This document shows, piece by piece, positions 52,751 through 63,517 of a stretch of DNA of 64,000 nt. A program made the translations under genes and the position numbers. Position 1 is the first letter of the stretch; the number at the start of each line of letters is the position of its first letter. The notes under the pieces were generated by a model. That model did not search any database. It was not told where the DNA came from and saw nothing but the letters and a program-made list of their open reading frames with translations. Source of the DNA: Candidatus Dadabacteria bacterium (lineage in GTDB: Bacteria > Desulfobacterota_D > UBA1144 > Nemesobacterales > CSP1-2); the NCBI GenBank assembly GCA_963805855.1, contig CAWDVW010000005.1, positions 832,001 to 896,000 on the forward strand. Direction: 5' to 3'.

Positions 52751-53137
52751 ATGAACACTGAGCAATTTGATCATATTCTAGATCACTTTAAACACCCAAG
52801 AAACTACAAAAGGCTCAGTGAACCGGATATCTCTCATGAAGAAGGTAATCCTCTGTGCGGTGACGTAATACGATTCGATTTTAAAATTAAGAATAACAAG
52901 GTTAGTGAGACAGGATTTTCTGGTAAAGGATGCGCTATAAGCCAGGCTTCTGCGTCAATATTAACTGAAATGATAGTCCACAAAGATTTGGAATCTATCA
53001 GAGAAATTACTGCGGATGATTTGCTAGAAGCGATTGGGATGAGGATTAGTCCCGTCAGGCTAAAATGTGCACTGTTATCTCTTAAGGTTTTACGATCCGG
53101 ACTATTCGGGAAAAATAACTGGCCCGGAGAAGATTGA
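52751..53137 (+). CDS. sufU: SUF-system NifU-family scaffold
   Basis: HPRN, NPLCGD, GCAISQASAS, RLKCA. Confidence 0.9.
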   Translation: MNTEQFDHILDHFKHPRNYKRLSEPDISHEEGNPLCGDVIRFDFKIKNNKVSETGFSGKGCAISQASASILTEMIVHKDLESIREITADDLLEAIGMRISPVRLKCALLSLKVLRSGLFGKNNWPGED

Positions 53138-53205
53138 CGCATTTAAGAAACGTAAGACTAAAAGAGTTACAAATCTCTGCAAGGTGAAAACCTAAGAACA
53201 GTTAC

Positions 53206-53520
53206 ATGAATAACGGATTTATCAGGGTTGCTAAAAGGTCTGAAATATTACCTGGGGATGTGAAACCGTTTTTTGTGGATAACGAGAGCATTGCGATTTG
53301 CAATGTTGGTGGAAAGTTTTATGCAATCAAAGACGAATGTACCCACATGGAATTTCCACTTTCAGACGGGGTGTTAGAGAGTGAAACCATCACTTGCGCT
53401 TACCACGGTGCGGAGTTCAATGTGAAGACCGGTGAAGCCCTTTGCATGCCTGCTGTAGAACCAGTGGAAACATATGAATTAAAAGTCGAGGGGGATGATA
53501 TATACATTTTATTTGATTGA
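53206..53520 (+). CDS. Rieske-type ferredoxin
   Basis: CTH...CAYH. Confidence 0.92.
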   Translation: MNNGFIRVAKRSEILPGDVKPFFVDNESIAICNVGGKFYAIKDECTHMEFPLSDGVLESETITCAYHGAEFNVKTGEALCMPAVEPVETYELKVEGDDIYILFD

Positions 53521-53544
53521 TAACGGACAAACTCGTGGCTAGTT

Positions 53545-54795
53545 ATGCAAAAGGAATATCTAAATTCTATAAAATTTGAATGTAATGAGATTAGAAAAGA
53601 CTTTCCTATTTTCAAAAGAAAAATAGGAGGCAAACCCCTTATCTATCTTGACAATGCCGCAACAACTCAAAAACCAAGACAGGTGTTAGAGGCCGAGAAA
53701 ATATTTTATGAGACAGCATACGCAAATATTCATCGGGCTGTCCACACGCTCAGTCATGAATCTACTGTCCTATATGAAAACGCCCATAAGCGTGTTGCGA
53801 ATTTCATCGGTGCGAAGAGTTGGAGAGAAATAATATTTACAAGAAATGCCACCGAGGCAATAAACCTCGTAGCATATGCATGGGGACTTCACAGTCTTCG
53901 GAAAGGGGACGAGATCGTAACTACCATTATGGAGCATCACTCAAATATAGTTCCATGGCAAATGCTTAAGGAATTAAAGGGAATTAAACTCAAGTTTTTG
54001 GACGTAGACGATGAAGGCAGATTGAGGTTTGAAGATCTTCAAAAGCTTATTTCAGAAAGGACAAAACTTGTATCCGTAGTTCATGCATCAAACGTTTTGG
54101 GTGTGGTTAATCCCATAAAAGAGATCATTGACGAGGCCAAAAAGGTTGGGGCCTTGGTCTTGGTCGACGCAGCTCAGTCCGTTCCCCATATGCCAGTTGA
54201 TGTTTCGTCGCTCGGTTGTGATTTTCTGGTAGCTTCAGGACATAAGATGTTGGGGCCGACAGGCATCGGTTTTCTCTACGGTCGAAACGAACTTCTTGAA
54301 CAGATGGAACCCTTTAATTATGGCGGAGATATGATAGAGACTGTAACTACTGATAAATCAACATGGAATGAACTACCGTGGAAGTACGAAGCCGGCACGC
54401 CGAATATCGCAGGTGGCATAGGCCTAGGTGCAGCTATCGATTATTTGAATAGGATCGGCTTCGAAGAAATTCAAAACTATGAAAAATCACTCACAAACTA
54501 CACTCTTCAGGGACTGCTGGATCTGCCATGGATTGAGCTTCACGGTCCAAAAGATTTAGATAAGCTCGGAGTATTTACATTTAACATGAAGGATATACAT
54601 CCGCATGATATTTCATGGATACTGGATGGTGAGGGAATCGCAGTACGCTCTGGCCATCACTGCGCACAACCTCTTATGAGGAGACTTAACATAGATAACG
54701 CTGTTAGGGCAAGTTTATACCTTTACAATACTATGGAGGAAATTGATAGGTTAATCGAGGCGCTAAAAAAGGCCCACAATCTGTTTAAAAATTAA
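53545..54795 (+). CDS. sufS: Cysteine desulfurase SufS
   Basis: YLDNAATTQKP, SGHKMLGPTG, RSGHHCAQP. Confidence 0.96.
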   Translation: MQKEYLNSIKFECNEIRKDFPIFKRKIGGKPLIYLDNAATTQKPRQVLEAEKIFYETAYANIHRAVHTLSHESTVLYENAHKRVANFIGAKSWREIIFTRNATEAINLVAYAWGLHSLRKGDEIVTTIMEHHSNIVPWQMLKELKGIKLKFLDVDDEGRLRFEDLQKLISERTKLVSVVHASNVLGVVNPIKEIIDEAKKVGALVLVDAAQSVPHMPVDVSSLGCDFLVASGHKMLGPTGIGFLYGRNELLEQMEPFNYGGDMIETVTTDKSTWNELPWKYEAGTPNIAGGIGLGAAIDYLNRIGFEEIQNYEKSLTNYTLQGLLDLPWIELHGPKDLDKLGVFTFNMKDIHPHDISWILDGEGIAVRSGHHCAQPLMRRLNIDNAVRASLYLYNTMEEIDRLIEALKKAHNLFKN

Positions 54796-54843
54796 TATAT
54801 ATATAGTGATGAAGCGGATTCGAATCAATTAAAAAAATAACGA

Positions 54844-56160
54844 TTACTGATTCATAAGATTGAGAAATTCCTTATTAGTTTTGGTACCACTCATTTTGTC
54901 TAAAAGAAATTCCATTGCTTCGGTTGTATTCATGGGACTTAGTATCTTTCTCAGTAGCCATACCCTATTGATAACATCCGCTGGAAGCAATAGTTCTTCT
55001 TTCCTTGTTCCGGATTTTTGAAGATCAATCGCCGGAAAAATTCTCTTATCGGCCAATCTCCTGTCTAAGTAGACCTCCATATTTCCAGTGCCTTTAAATT
55101 CTTCAAAAATGACCTCGTCCATCCTGCTCCCAGTATCTATTAAGGCCGTGGCTATAATTGTAAGGCTGCCACCTTCCTCCGTATTCCTGGCGGCCCCAAA
55201 AAATCTCTTGGGTCTTTGGAGAGCGTTCGCTTCCATGCCTCCGGACAATACTCGTCCACTGGCCGGAGTTACCGTGTTGCTAGCACGCGCGAGCCTCGTG
55301 AGACTGTCGAGAAGAATAACCACGTCTTTCCCGTGTTCAACGAGTCTCTTTGCCTTTTCAAGCACCATATCGGCAACCTGGATATGACGCTGCGCTGGTT
55401 CGTCAAACGTTGAACTGACGACTTCCCCTATTACCGACCTTTCCATATCTGTCACTTCTTCAGGACGCTCATCTATAAGTAGTACTATAAGGACTATTTC
55501 TGGGTTATTCTTTGTGATTGCGTTTGCGATTCTCTGAAGAAGAATGGTTTTCCCAGTTCTTGGCGGCGCTACTAGGACGCCCCTCTGGCCTTTACCCACA
55601 GGTATGAATAGATCCATCACTCTTGAGCAAAATTCATTCGGGTCATACTCCAGGTTGATTTTCTCATCAGGATGAAGCGGGACGAGCCCTTCGAAGGGAA
55701 CCCTATCTTTGCATGATTCAAGTGAATCTTGGTTTACTTGTTCAATTTTCAAAAGCGCAAGGTTCTTCTCCCCCTCCCTAGGAAGGCGAACCTGGCCACC
55801 AACGGTGTCACCTGTCTTGAGATTAAATGAGCGGATCTGTGACTTTGAGACGTAAATGTCATCAGGACCGGGAAGATAACTGTATTTTGGTGATCTTAAA
55901 AAACCGTAACCTTCCGAAAGTATTTCGAGAACACCCTCGGCGTAGATCATCCCCTCCTTCTCGCTCTGGGCTTTTAAGACCGCATATATAAGATCTTGCT
56001 TTGACATTCTAGATGTTTCTTCGATATGTAGCTCCCGTGCCATCTTCATTAATTCTGAAGTTCTCCTATCTCTTAGCTCATTCAAGTTAAGAAAACGAGA
56101 CTCAGATTCTTCTAGCACTTTTTCTTCGGTGGATTGTTGCGCTTTCGAAGCTCTTGCCAT
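54844..56160 (-). CDS. rho: Transcription termination factor Rho
   Basis: [33 protein letters not shown]. Confidence 0.98.
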   Translation of the reverse strand: MARASKAQQSTEEKVLEESESRFLNLNELRDRRTSELMKMARELHIEETSRMSKQDLIYAVLKAQSEKEGMIYAEGVLEILSEGYGFLRSPKYSYLPGPDDIYVSKSQIRSFNLKTGDTVGGQVRLPREGEKNLALLKIEQVNQDSLESCKDRVPFEGLVPLHPDEKINLEYDPNEFCSRVMDLFIPVGKGQRGVLVAPPRTGKTILLQRIANAITKNNPEIVLIVLLIDERPEEVTDMERSVIGEVVSSTFDEPAQRHIQVADMVLEKAKRLVEHGKDVVILLDSLTRLARASNTVTPASGRVLSGGMEANALQRPKRFFGAARNTEEGGSLTIIATALIDTGSRMDEVIFEEFKGTGNMEVYLDRRLADKRIFPAIDLQKSGTRKEELLLPADVINRVWLLRKILSPMNTTEAMEFLLDKMSGTKTNKEFLNLMNQ

Positions 56161-56453
56161 AAATATTTATGTTCTCGATTCAATAATAAATCTTAGGATA
56201 AAAGATCTCGACTCAATATAGAGGAAATAGTTTAACGGTTCATTTAGAGTTGCATTTAGCTATGTGATTAATATTATGCACACTAACAGTACGATTTGTC
56301 AAGTGGAATTTATTCAAAAGTTAAATATTGCTATGCTGAAATTAAGTATAACACAAAACCTTACATTGTTAGAATCAAACTGTAAAAATTGATTTTTTCT
56401 TATAATTATATTATATATAAGACTAAGATTTATTACAATTATCCCATCGAGAA

Positions 56454-57455
56454 TTGATGACAATTAAAACCTATTTATCGACGTATTTGATTTATTTTAC
56501 AGTCTTATTTCTTTCCTCTGTAAGCATAAGGCCGGCTGGTGGCTCTGCGTTTGAGAGTTTAAATAATTTCGACGAAAATAGTACGAAGCAGACCTTACTG
56601 GCCCAAGGAGCAAAAGGTATGGGATCAAATGTGCAAACCCGCTCACGCCTGCTTCTATCAACGGAGATTCTTTTGACCTCAATTTCAGGAGAAATTTATC
56701 TAAATCCAAAGCACATCGGAAGAATCGTATCGATAACACCTCTTGGAACAGGCAATTCTAGTTCAAGTAAACGTGAAATAGAATTCAATCAAAGCAAGGA
56801 CCTCTGGCCAGTAGTTATTGTCCCACAATCCATTTCAAATCTCGAAGGTCTGAACGTCACTGGTGAGGAAGGTAGCATAAGTATATCAAGGTCAGGCGTA
56901 GAAAAGGCTCTTAATCCCGATAATAATGAACTAAAAACCATTACAAAGCCTAAAGTTGCGTTTGGCCAATTAAGCTCAACTATTTTATTCACGGACATGA
57001 ACGTCAATAATCCGAGTAAATTTGAGATAGGCGTATTCGACTTTAAAGATAATAAATTCATAAATGGTGATATAATAGCCCTAACAAAGAATCAGATGGC
57101 GGTAAAGTTCGAGAATTTACCGTCAACGGTAATTAGTAACAAAGGAAAGCTTAGATACAGCCTTAAGGATGAGGATGGTAGTTTCATTAACTCTGAGATG
57201 AATGCTTGGGGTTGTGAATTACTAATTCCCGATACTCAAGTAGGAAAGAATGTTCCCGTAAAGGCCCGGATCTTTGGGCTTACCGATGAAGCTAAGGTCA
57301 AGTTTACCTTTCAGCCATTAGAGGGGCAAAAGTATTCCCTACCTGTAAGCACCCTATCGGTAAGGGAAATTAATTCCGGACAACCTATTACCATGATTTC
57401 TACTTCAATCACCGGAAACCAGCTAATTAGCGTAACTGTTGAAGAGTCTTTATAG
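56454..57455 (+). CDS. Secreted hypothetical protein
   Basis: 333-aa ORF with N-terminal hydrophobic segment. Confidence 0.6.
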   Translation: MMTIKTYLSTYLIYFTVLFLSSVSIRPAGGSAFESLNNFDENSTKQTLLAQGAKGMGSNVQTRSRLLLSTEILLTSISGEIYLNPKHIGRIVSITPLGTGNSSSSKREIEFNQSKDLWPVVIVPQSISNLEGLNVTGEEGSISISRSGVEKALNPDNNELKTITKPKVAFGQLSSTILFTDMNVNNPSKFEIGVFDFKDNKFINGDIIALTKNQMAVKFENLPSTVISNKGKLRYSLKDEDGSFINSEMNAWGCELLIPDTQVGKNVPVKARIFGLTDEAKVKFTFQPLEGQKYSLPVSTLSVREINSGQPITMISTSITGNQLISVTVEESL

Positions 57456-57555
57456 AAATTAAAAATCCCGAAGTAGATATTGCTACTTATTTGGTATTCC
57501 TATAAAATAATTAACTAAAGCAAGATCATTTTAAAGATAGAAGGTGTGAGAACAT

Positions 57556-58302
57556 ATGTCAGGTCATTCCAAATGGGCAAATATAAAACACAGAAAGGCA
57601 GCCGTTGATGCCAAGCGCGGAAAAATTTTCACAAAGTTAATCAGGGAAATCACGATTGCTGCTAGGCAGGGCGGAGGTGATCCCGAATCCAATTCTAGGC
57701 TTAGAGCAGCTATTTCCGCTGCGAGAAACAATAACATGCCTGGCGACACCATAGAACGAGCCGTTAGCCGTGGTGCCGGGAAGGGAGGTTCCGAAGAAAT
57801 TCATGAAACTTATTACGAGGGCTACGGTCCAGGCGGAAGTGCAGTGTATATTCATGTCATGACGGATAATAAAAATCGTACTGTTTCTGAGATTAGAAGG
57901 ATATTCACGAAGTATGGCGGAAGTCTTGGCGAAAGCGGTTGTGTAGCCTGGATATTCGATACGAAGGGGAGGATTTCTTTTGACAAAAAAAGCGTTGATG
58001 AAGATAAGATTTTCGAGATTGCTATAGATGCAGGAGCAGAAGACGTACGGACTGAGGATAGTGAACTAATTGTTATCACGAATACTGAGAATTTTGAAAA
58101 TGTTAAGGACGAAATTGACAAGAAAGGACTCAAGTACTTATCGGCAGAGATTACCATGATACCACAGACTAATGTCAGGATCGAAGGCAAAGATGCTGAG
58201 CAAATGCTGCGTCTCATGGAAGCACTAGATGATAGTGACGACGTTCAAAATGTCTACTCAAATTTTGATATCGAAGATGAACTCTTGGAAGCGTTGGGAT
58301 AA
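57556..58302 (+). CDS. yebC: YebC/PmpR family protein
   Basis: [29 protein letters not shown]. Confidence 0.96.
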   Translation: MSGHSKWANIKHRKAAVDAKRGKIFTKLIREITIAARQGGGDPESNSRLRAAISAARNNNMPGDTIERAVSRGAGKGGSEEIHETYYEGYGPGGSAVYIHVMTDNKNRTVSEIRRIFTKYGGSLGESGCVAWIFDTKGRISFDKKSVDEDKIFEIAIDAGAEDVRTEDSELIVITNTENFENVKDEIDKKGLKYLSAEITMIPQTNVRIEGKDAEQMLRLMEALDDSDDVQNVYSNFDIEDELLEALG

Positions 58303-58307
58303 CATTG

Positions 58308-58853
58308 ATGAGAGTAATTGGCGTAGACCCTGGAACCAGGGTTTGTGGATTCGGGATAGTGGACAGCATAAACGGAAGTTTAACACATGTTACAAGTGGA
58401 GCCATAGTCCCTACGTCTAGCCATTCTATTACTTTTAAATTGAAAACCATTCATGAAGGTCTGGTGCAGGTAATACAGGAATTTGCTCCCGACGCTATGT
58501 CTATCGAAGGTCTTTTTTTCGCCAAAAATGCCAAAAGTGCAATTAAGCTAGGGGAAGCAAGGGGTGTTGCATACCTGGCGGCTGCTTTCTCAGGCTTATC
58601 CGTTCACGAATATGCTCCTACCGAAGTAAAACTTGCCGTCACTGGTCGAGGAAGGGCGAAAAAAATCGAAGTTCAGAAGATGATTTCAACAATTTTCGGA
58701 ATTAATAGATGGGAATGGACAGACGTGTCAGATGCAATCGCAATAGCACTTTGCCACATCAATTTAGCTGAGAAAAAAGAGAGGCTCGGGATTGAAGTTC
58801 TAAGGTCTAGGAGAAGGAGGAGGCGTTTTTCGATAAATGATCTCCCTTCTTAG
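58308..58853 (+). CDS. ruvC: Holliday junction resolvase RuvC
   Basis: IGVDPG, LGEARG, EYAP, DVSDAIAIA. Confidence 0.95.
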   Translation: MRVIGVDPGTRVCGFGIVDSINGSLTHVTSGAIVPTSSHSITFKLKTIHEGLVQVIQEFAPDAMSIEGLFFAKNAKSAIKLGEARGVAYLAAAFSGLSVHEYAPTEVKLAVTGRGRAKKIEVQKMISTIFGINRWEWTDVSDAIAIALCHINLAEKKERLGIEVLRSRRRRRRFSINDLPS

Positions 58854-59424
58854 AGGCATAATTGCAGAGAAATCAATTGGAAAGATCATTATAGACATTC
58901 ATGGAGTGGGTTACGGAGTTACAGTCCCACTCTCTACATATTACCGTCTCCCAGACGCGGGTTGTGAGACTGAGTTAAAAATTTACACCCACGTGAAGGA
59001 GGACAGTATAGAGCTTGTCGGTTTTCTCACAGAAGACGAAAAAAGGATCTTCACTTTATTACTGGGCGTTTCTGGTGTAGGACCTAAAGGGGCAACAAAC
59101 ATTCTTTCTAATATTTCTCCTCAGGAGCTGGTTTCAGCAATTTCTTCTGGTGATCTAACAAGAAGAAAGATACATGGCGTTGGACCAAAGCTCGCATCAA
59201 GACTTATAACTGAATTAAAAGATAAGATCTCAAGCCTTAGACTCCTCGAAAAGTATCATCATAATAATGGAAACCTGGATGACGTAATCTCCGCACTCCT
59301 TAATCTAGGATATACAAAGATCGAAATAGATGAGCAGATTATAAAAATTGAAGAGATAGCAGGAAAAGAAAAAGATATAGAAATTGCTTTGAGAGAATCA
59401 TTAAAGGTAATGAGAAAGGAATGA
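58837..59424 (+). CDS. ruvA: Holliday junction branch migration protein RuvA
   Basis: GVGY, VSGVGPK, GVGPKLASR, ALLNLGY. Confidence 0.95.
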   Translation: MISLLRGIIAEKSIGKIIIDIHGVGYGVTVPLSTYYRLPDAGCETELKIYTHVKEDSIELVGFLTEDEKRIFTLLLGVSGVGPKGATNILSNISPQELVSAISSGDLTRRKIHGVGPKLASRLITELKDKISSLRLLEKYHHNNGNLDDVISALLNLGYTKIEIDEQIIKIEEIAGKEKDIEIALRESLKVMRKE

Positions 59425-59502
59425 CGGCTATTACCGGGTATTAAATTCTTGATCTGTAACTAAGTTCGGACTCAAATAATTTTAACTTTATACATACCAG
59501 AT

Positions 59503-60537
59503 ATGGAAGAACGAATTGTAAATCCAAAAACCCAGGAAGAAGATTCGATCTATGACCCGAATCTCAGACCAAGGTTTTTGAGCGAGTTTCTAGGACAGAG
59601 TAAGGTAAAAGAGAAAGTTGATATTTTCATTGAGGCAGCAAAGCGTAGAAAAGAAGCTCTCGACCATGTTCTTCTCTATGGTCCCCCGGGGCTCGGAAAG
59701 ACAACGCTGGCTCATATTATGGCTAATGAACTGGGTGTAAAAATACATGCAACTTCAGGTCCCGTGATAGAGAGGGTTGCTGATCTCGCATCTATTCTTA
59801 CCAACTTAGATGAAAGAGATGTCTTGTTTATTGATGAAATTCACAGGCTTAACCGTATTGTAGAGGAGTATCTATATTCGGCTATGGAGGATTATAAGAT
59901 TGATCTTATGATCGGGGAAGGACCAACAGCGAGGTCAATGAAAGTCGCTGTTAATAGGTTTACTTTGATAGGCGCCACTACAAGAACCGGTCTTATAACA
60001 TCGCCCCTGAGATCCCGCTTTGGGGTAAACTTGAGGCTTGACTATTATGATCCCGAGGAACTTGGGAGCATAATCAGGAGGTCTGCTGGAATTCTTGGCG
60101 TCGAAACTACGGGTGACGGCGAGTCTGAAATTGCCTGCAGAGCTAGGGGAACACCGAGGATCGCAAACAGACTCTTAAAAAGGGTGAGGGATTATGCAGA
60201 GGTAAGGGCCGACGGAATTATAGATAAGGACGTAGCCAAGAGCGCACTTACTATGTTGGAAGTAGATTCCATCGGACTTGACAGCGTTGACATGACGATA
60301 CTTAGAACTATTATAGAAAAGTTTAGCGGCGGCCCGGTTGGTATCGAAACAATCGCAGCAGCCGTAAGCGAGGATAAGGATACAATCGAAGAGGTTTATG
60401 AACCCTATCTGATCAGGCAGGGTTTTATTGCGAAGACACCCCGGGGACGAGCGGCAACCCCACTTGCCTATTCCCATCTTAATTTACCTTCCCCCATAAG
60501 CAAAACAGTCTCTTTAAAGGCTAGAACAATATTGTAG
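59503..60537 (+). CDS. ruvB: Holliday junction helicase RuvB
   Basis: [32 protein letters not shown]. Confidence 0.98.
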   Translation: MEERIVNPKTQEEDSIYDPNLRPRFLSEFLGQSKVKEKVDIFIEAAKRRKEALDHVLLYGPPGLGKTTLAHIMANELGVKIHATSGPVIERVADLASILTNLDERDVLFIDEIHRLNRIVEEYLYSAMEDYKIDLMIGEGPTARSMKVAVNRFTLIGATTRTGLITSPLRSRFGVNLRLDYYDPEELGSIIRRSAGILGVETTGDGESEIACRARGTPRIANRLLKRVRDYAEVRADGIIDKDVAKSALTMLEVDSIGLDSVDMTILRTIIEKFSGGPVGIETIAAAVSEDKDTIEEVYEPYLIRQGFIAKTPRGRAATPLAYSHLNLPSPISKTVSLKARTIL

Positions 60538-60560
60538 GGGCGTTCAACTGAACGCCCCTA
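60534..60560 (+). repeat. GTAG-type REP palindrome 1
   Basis: g-taggggcgttca-ac-tgaacgccccta. Confidence 0.9.
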
Positions 60561-61214
60561 TTCTTTAGCATATAACATATCTTGAAATTGACCCCATTTA
60601 CTGTTGTAAGATTGATCTTCGGTGTGATCTGGATTTTCCCTATCAAATTGCCATTGTAACGGATTGCTCACTATATATTCTCGAATGCGGCCTAATACAT
60701 CTTCATTTCTCACAATATGTTCGTAATAATTCCTTTGCCATCCAGGAAAATGATATTTTCTCCTACGACATTGTGCTGTTACAGCGGCTTTGAATGTTCG
60801 GATGATAACGGATAATGTTCCTTGCTTTGGTGAAATTGATTTATAATAATTCGCTGTTGTCAAATCTGGGGCGTTCGATTGAACGCCCCTACAATGGTCT
60901 GTCAAGATGAGAACCCCATGCAGATGATTTGGCATGACAATAAATGCATCTAATTTCACATAAGAAAAATGATCAGGGATTTCCTTCCAAAATTGATGGG
61001 CGATTTCCCCAATTGGTGACAAATCAACATTACCATTTTTGATATCTCCTAGAATGGACTTCCTATCCTTAATGCATATGGTAATGAAATACGCACCTGC
61101 GAGAGAATAGTTATAATCGACTAAACGAATTGAGCGACGGCGATTTTCCCCAGAGCTACTAAATTGTTTCAAATCCTCGATAGACGCCTGTTTAAGTTCT
61201 GAGAGGTACGGCAT
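60558..61214 (-). mobile_element. REP-associated tyrosine transposase (RAYT, IS200/IS605 Y1 superfamily)
   Basis: RRRSIRL, GAYFITIC, VMPNHLH (HUH), WQRNYYEHIVR, YIVSNP. Confidence 0.92.
60868..60892 (-). repeat. REP 2, inside the RAYT coding sequence
   Basis: Minus strand GTAGGGGCGTTCAATCGAACGCCCC. Confidence 0.88.
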
Positions 61215-61247
61215 CTAAAAAAAATTATACACCCATTCTCTTTTTAT

Positions 61248-61271
61248 GGGCGTTTATTTAAACGCCCCTAC
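61248..61271 (-). repeat. REP 3
   Basis: Minus strand GTAGGGGCGTTTAAATAAACGCCC. Confidence 0.85.
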
Positions 61272-61292
61272 GGGTTATTACGAAATCTGTCG

Positions 61293-61766
61293 TTAGGGGC
61301 GTTCGACTGAACGCCCGTATTTGTTCAAAGGAATCTCCCTGATTAATTCATCCCAGTGTTCTTCGGTAATCAGAGAAATCTCTTTTCTAAAACTTTCATA
61401 ACCGCTCTGACTAGGGAAGAGCTTATTAACGATATTGTCTCTTTCCTTAAGCCACCCGTCTATTGACGCATAGCTTTTGAACCTGACAACCGTCTTATAC
61501 GTCCATTTAGGTTCAAGGGTGTGAAGCCTTTGCGAATACATCTTAATATCTCCGTCGATTAACCCCATTTTATTCATTTCCCTCCAGAATGGATAGACCT
61601 TTTCCTTATAAATTTCTAAAAACTTATCTTGATTCTCAGGACTGACTACATAAAAGGATTCCTCTATAACGGTCTGATACTTGCCTTCTTCAGCGGAGGC
61701 ACCAGGATTGAAAAAAAATAGAGTGATCAATAATTCGGCAACCATGATAGTCATAAATCTTTTCAT
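61293..61766 (-). CDS. Secreted hypothetical protein (possibly NIPSNAP-like fold)
   Basis: Signal peptide; RBS gaggtg before ATG 61766; ends EHWDELIREI plus REP-derived YGRSVERP. Confidence 0.65.
   Translation of the reverse strand: MKRFMTIMVAELLITLFFFNPGASAEEGKYQTVIEESFYVVSPENQDKFLEIYKEKVYPFWREMNKMGLIDGDIKMYSQRLHTLEPKWTYKTVVRFKSYASIDGWLKERDNIVNKLFPSQSGYESFRKEISLITEEHWDELIREIPLNKYGRSVERP
61294..61319 (+). repeat. REP 4, overlapping a gene 3' end
   Basis: taggggcgttcgactgaacgcccgta. Confidence 0.85.
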
Positions 61767-61921
61767 AAAACACCTCGCTAAAATTGTATTTACACAAGTC
61801 ACTAAATGAACATAAAAATGTTTTCAACAATTTCTCAAAAGTAGCCGTATACTTCCCAATAACCGCGGATTATCCATTGTTCTGTGATCAGCACATAGAT
61901 TCTGTGAGGAGGTCGATAAGC

Positions 61922-62956
61922 ATGAATAAAGAAATGAGTAGGAATCCCATTGAACGTCATATGTTTGATTATAAATCGTTATTTGAACTTTTAATATATA
62001 TTATTTTGGCATCATCAATTTCCTGGGCGTCATCCGCTTCTGCTAATACGATTAACAAGATTCTCATCAATGAAGTTGACTCCGACACGCTTGGAGCTGA
62101 CACGCTCGAATTCGTCGAGTTATACGATGGTGGGTCTGGAAACACGCCACTGGATGGATTGGTAATTGTCTTTTACAACGGGAGTGATGACTCCTCCTAT
62201 GCCGCGCTTCACCTGGACGGTTTCACAACAGATGAAAATGGATACTTTCTGATTGGCCGGAGTGGCGTCTCGCCCACCCCCGACATCATATTCGGCCGTA
62301 TTCAGAATGGTGCCGATGCCGTGGCCCTGTATATCGGCGATGACAGCGACTTTCCGAATGGTACCCCGGTGACAATAGAGTATCTGATCGATGCCATTGT
62401 CTATGACACAGACGATGCAGACGATCCAGGACTATTGATTTTGCTGAACGATAGCCAAGGTCAGGTAAATGAAAATGGCGGTGGCGATAAGGATAATCAA
62501 TCCAATTCACGCTGTCCAAATGGATGGGGTAGAGCTCGCAACACTGACCGCTATGTCCAGACAAGTCCGACCCCCGCCTCGGATAATATTTGTGACTCAG
62601 TTCTAGAAGTAACTGTCGATATAAAACCTGGCTCTGATTGGAATGCAATCAACTGTGGGAATGAGACCGGTGTCATTCCTGTTGCGATTCTATCGACAGA
62701 CGCATTCGACGCAACTTCGGTTGATCACACCACTGTGTCATTCGGAGGTGCATGTGAGACTCATATAAGTAATAAAACTGGGGAGCTCCGGAGACACGAA
62801 GAGGATGTAGACGGAAACGGTTACACCGACTTGGTATTTCATTTGCTAATAGGTGATACCGATTTAGACTGCGATTCCATAGAGGGCAAGATCGTTGGGG
62901 AAACCTTTTCAGGTGAAATCTTTGAAGGATCTGATATGGTTCATATGTTAAAATGA
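61922..62956 (+). CDS. Secreted lamin-tail-like domain protein with Asp-rich C-terminal module
   Basis: ILINEVDSDT, EFVELYDGG, IQNGADAVALY; VDIKPGS, IPVAILS, DVDGNGYTDL; RBS gaggagg. Confidence 0.75.
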   Translation: MNKEMSRNPIERHMFDYKSLFELLIYIILASSISWASSASANTINKILINEVDSDTLGADTLEFVELYDGGSGNTPLDGLVIVFYNGSDDSSYAALHLDGFTTDENGYFLIGRSGVSPTPDIIFGRIQNGADAVALYIGDDSDFPNGTPVTIEYLIDAIVYDTDDADDPGLLILLNDSQGQVNENGGGDKDNQSNSRCPNGWGRARNTDRYVQTSPTPASDNICDSVLEVTVDIKPGSDWNAINCGNETGVIPVAILSTDAFDATSVDHTTVSFGGACETHISNKTGELRRHEEDVDGNGYTDLVFHLLIGDTDLDCDSIEGKIVGETFSGEIFEGSDMVHMLK

Positions 62957-63517
62957 TTTCGTCTAGCGTACCCATAGTCCAGGTCTTCAAGCCTAGGATT
63001 AGTCTTTCATCTTTTTTATGGATCCGGAGTCAATCCTGTCCTCGAGGGGTTTACTAGCGAACATTCTGGCGACCACGATGGCATGTTATTAAACCGTCGC
63101 GGCGAAATTAGAGTTTCCAACTAACTGATTTAGACCTTTCCTTACTGAAAGCTATTCAAAAATATTATTGGAACATATGTATATCTCCATAAGTGCGTAG
63201 TAGCACATGATTTCAACCCCTTTATAGGGATTTAATCGCTACCCCGCACTTTGGTTTTGTGTTGCAATCATAAGATGGTCTTCATATCTAGCCTCCCATC
63301 TTATTCTCTTAATTCCAAATAGAAGAAGAGACCCTGAGTATGAAGCCACCTGGTTAGGTAACAGTAAACAAATTAAATATATTGATAGGTATAAATTTGA
63401 TTTTGGTATTTTTGTATGGGAAAATGTATTGAACATGTATGAAATTTCTTGCTTAACATTTCCACCTAATTATCCATGGAAATCCGCTAATCCCTAAAAC
63501 AAGTTGGTAAATAAAAA

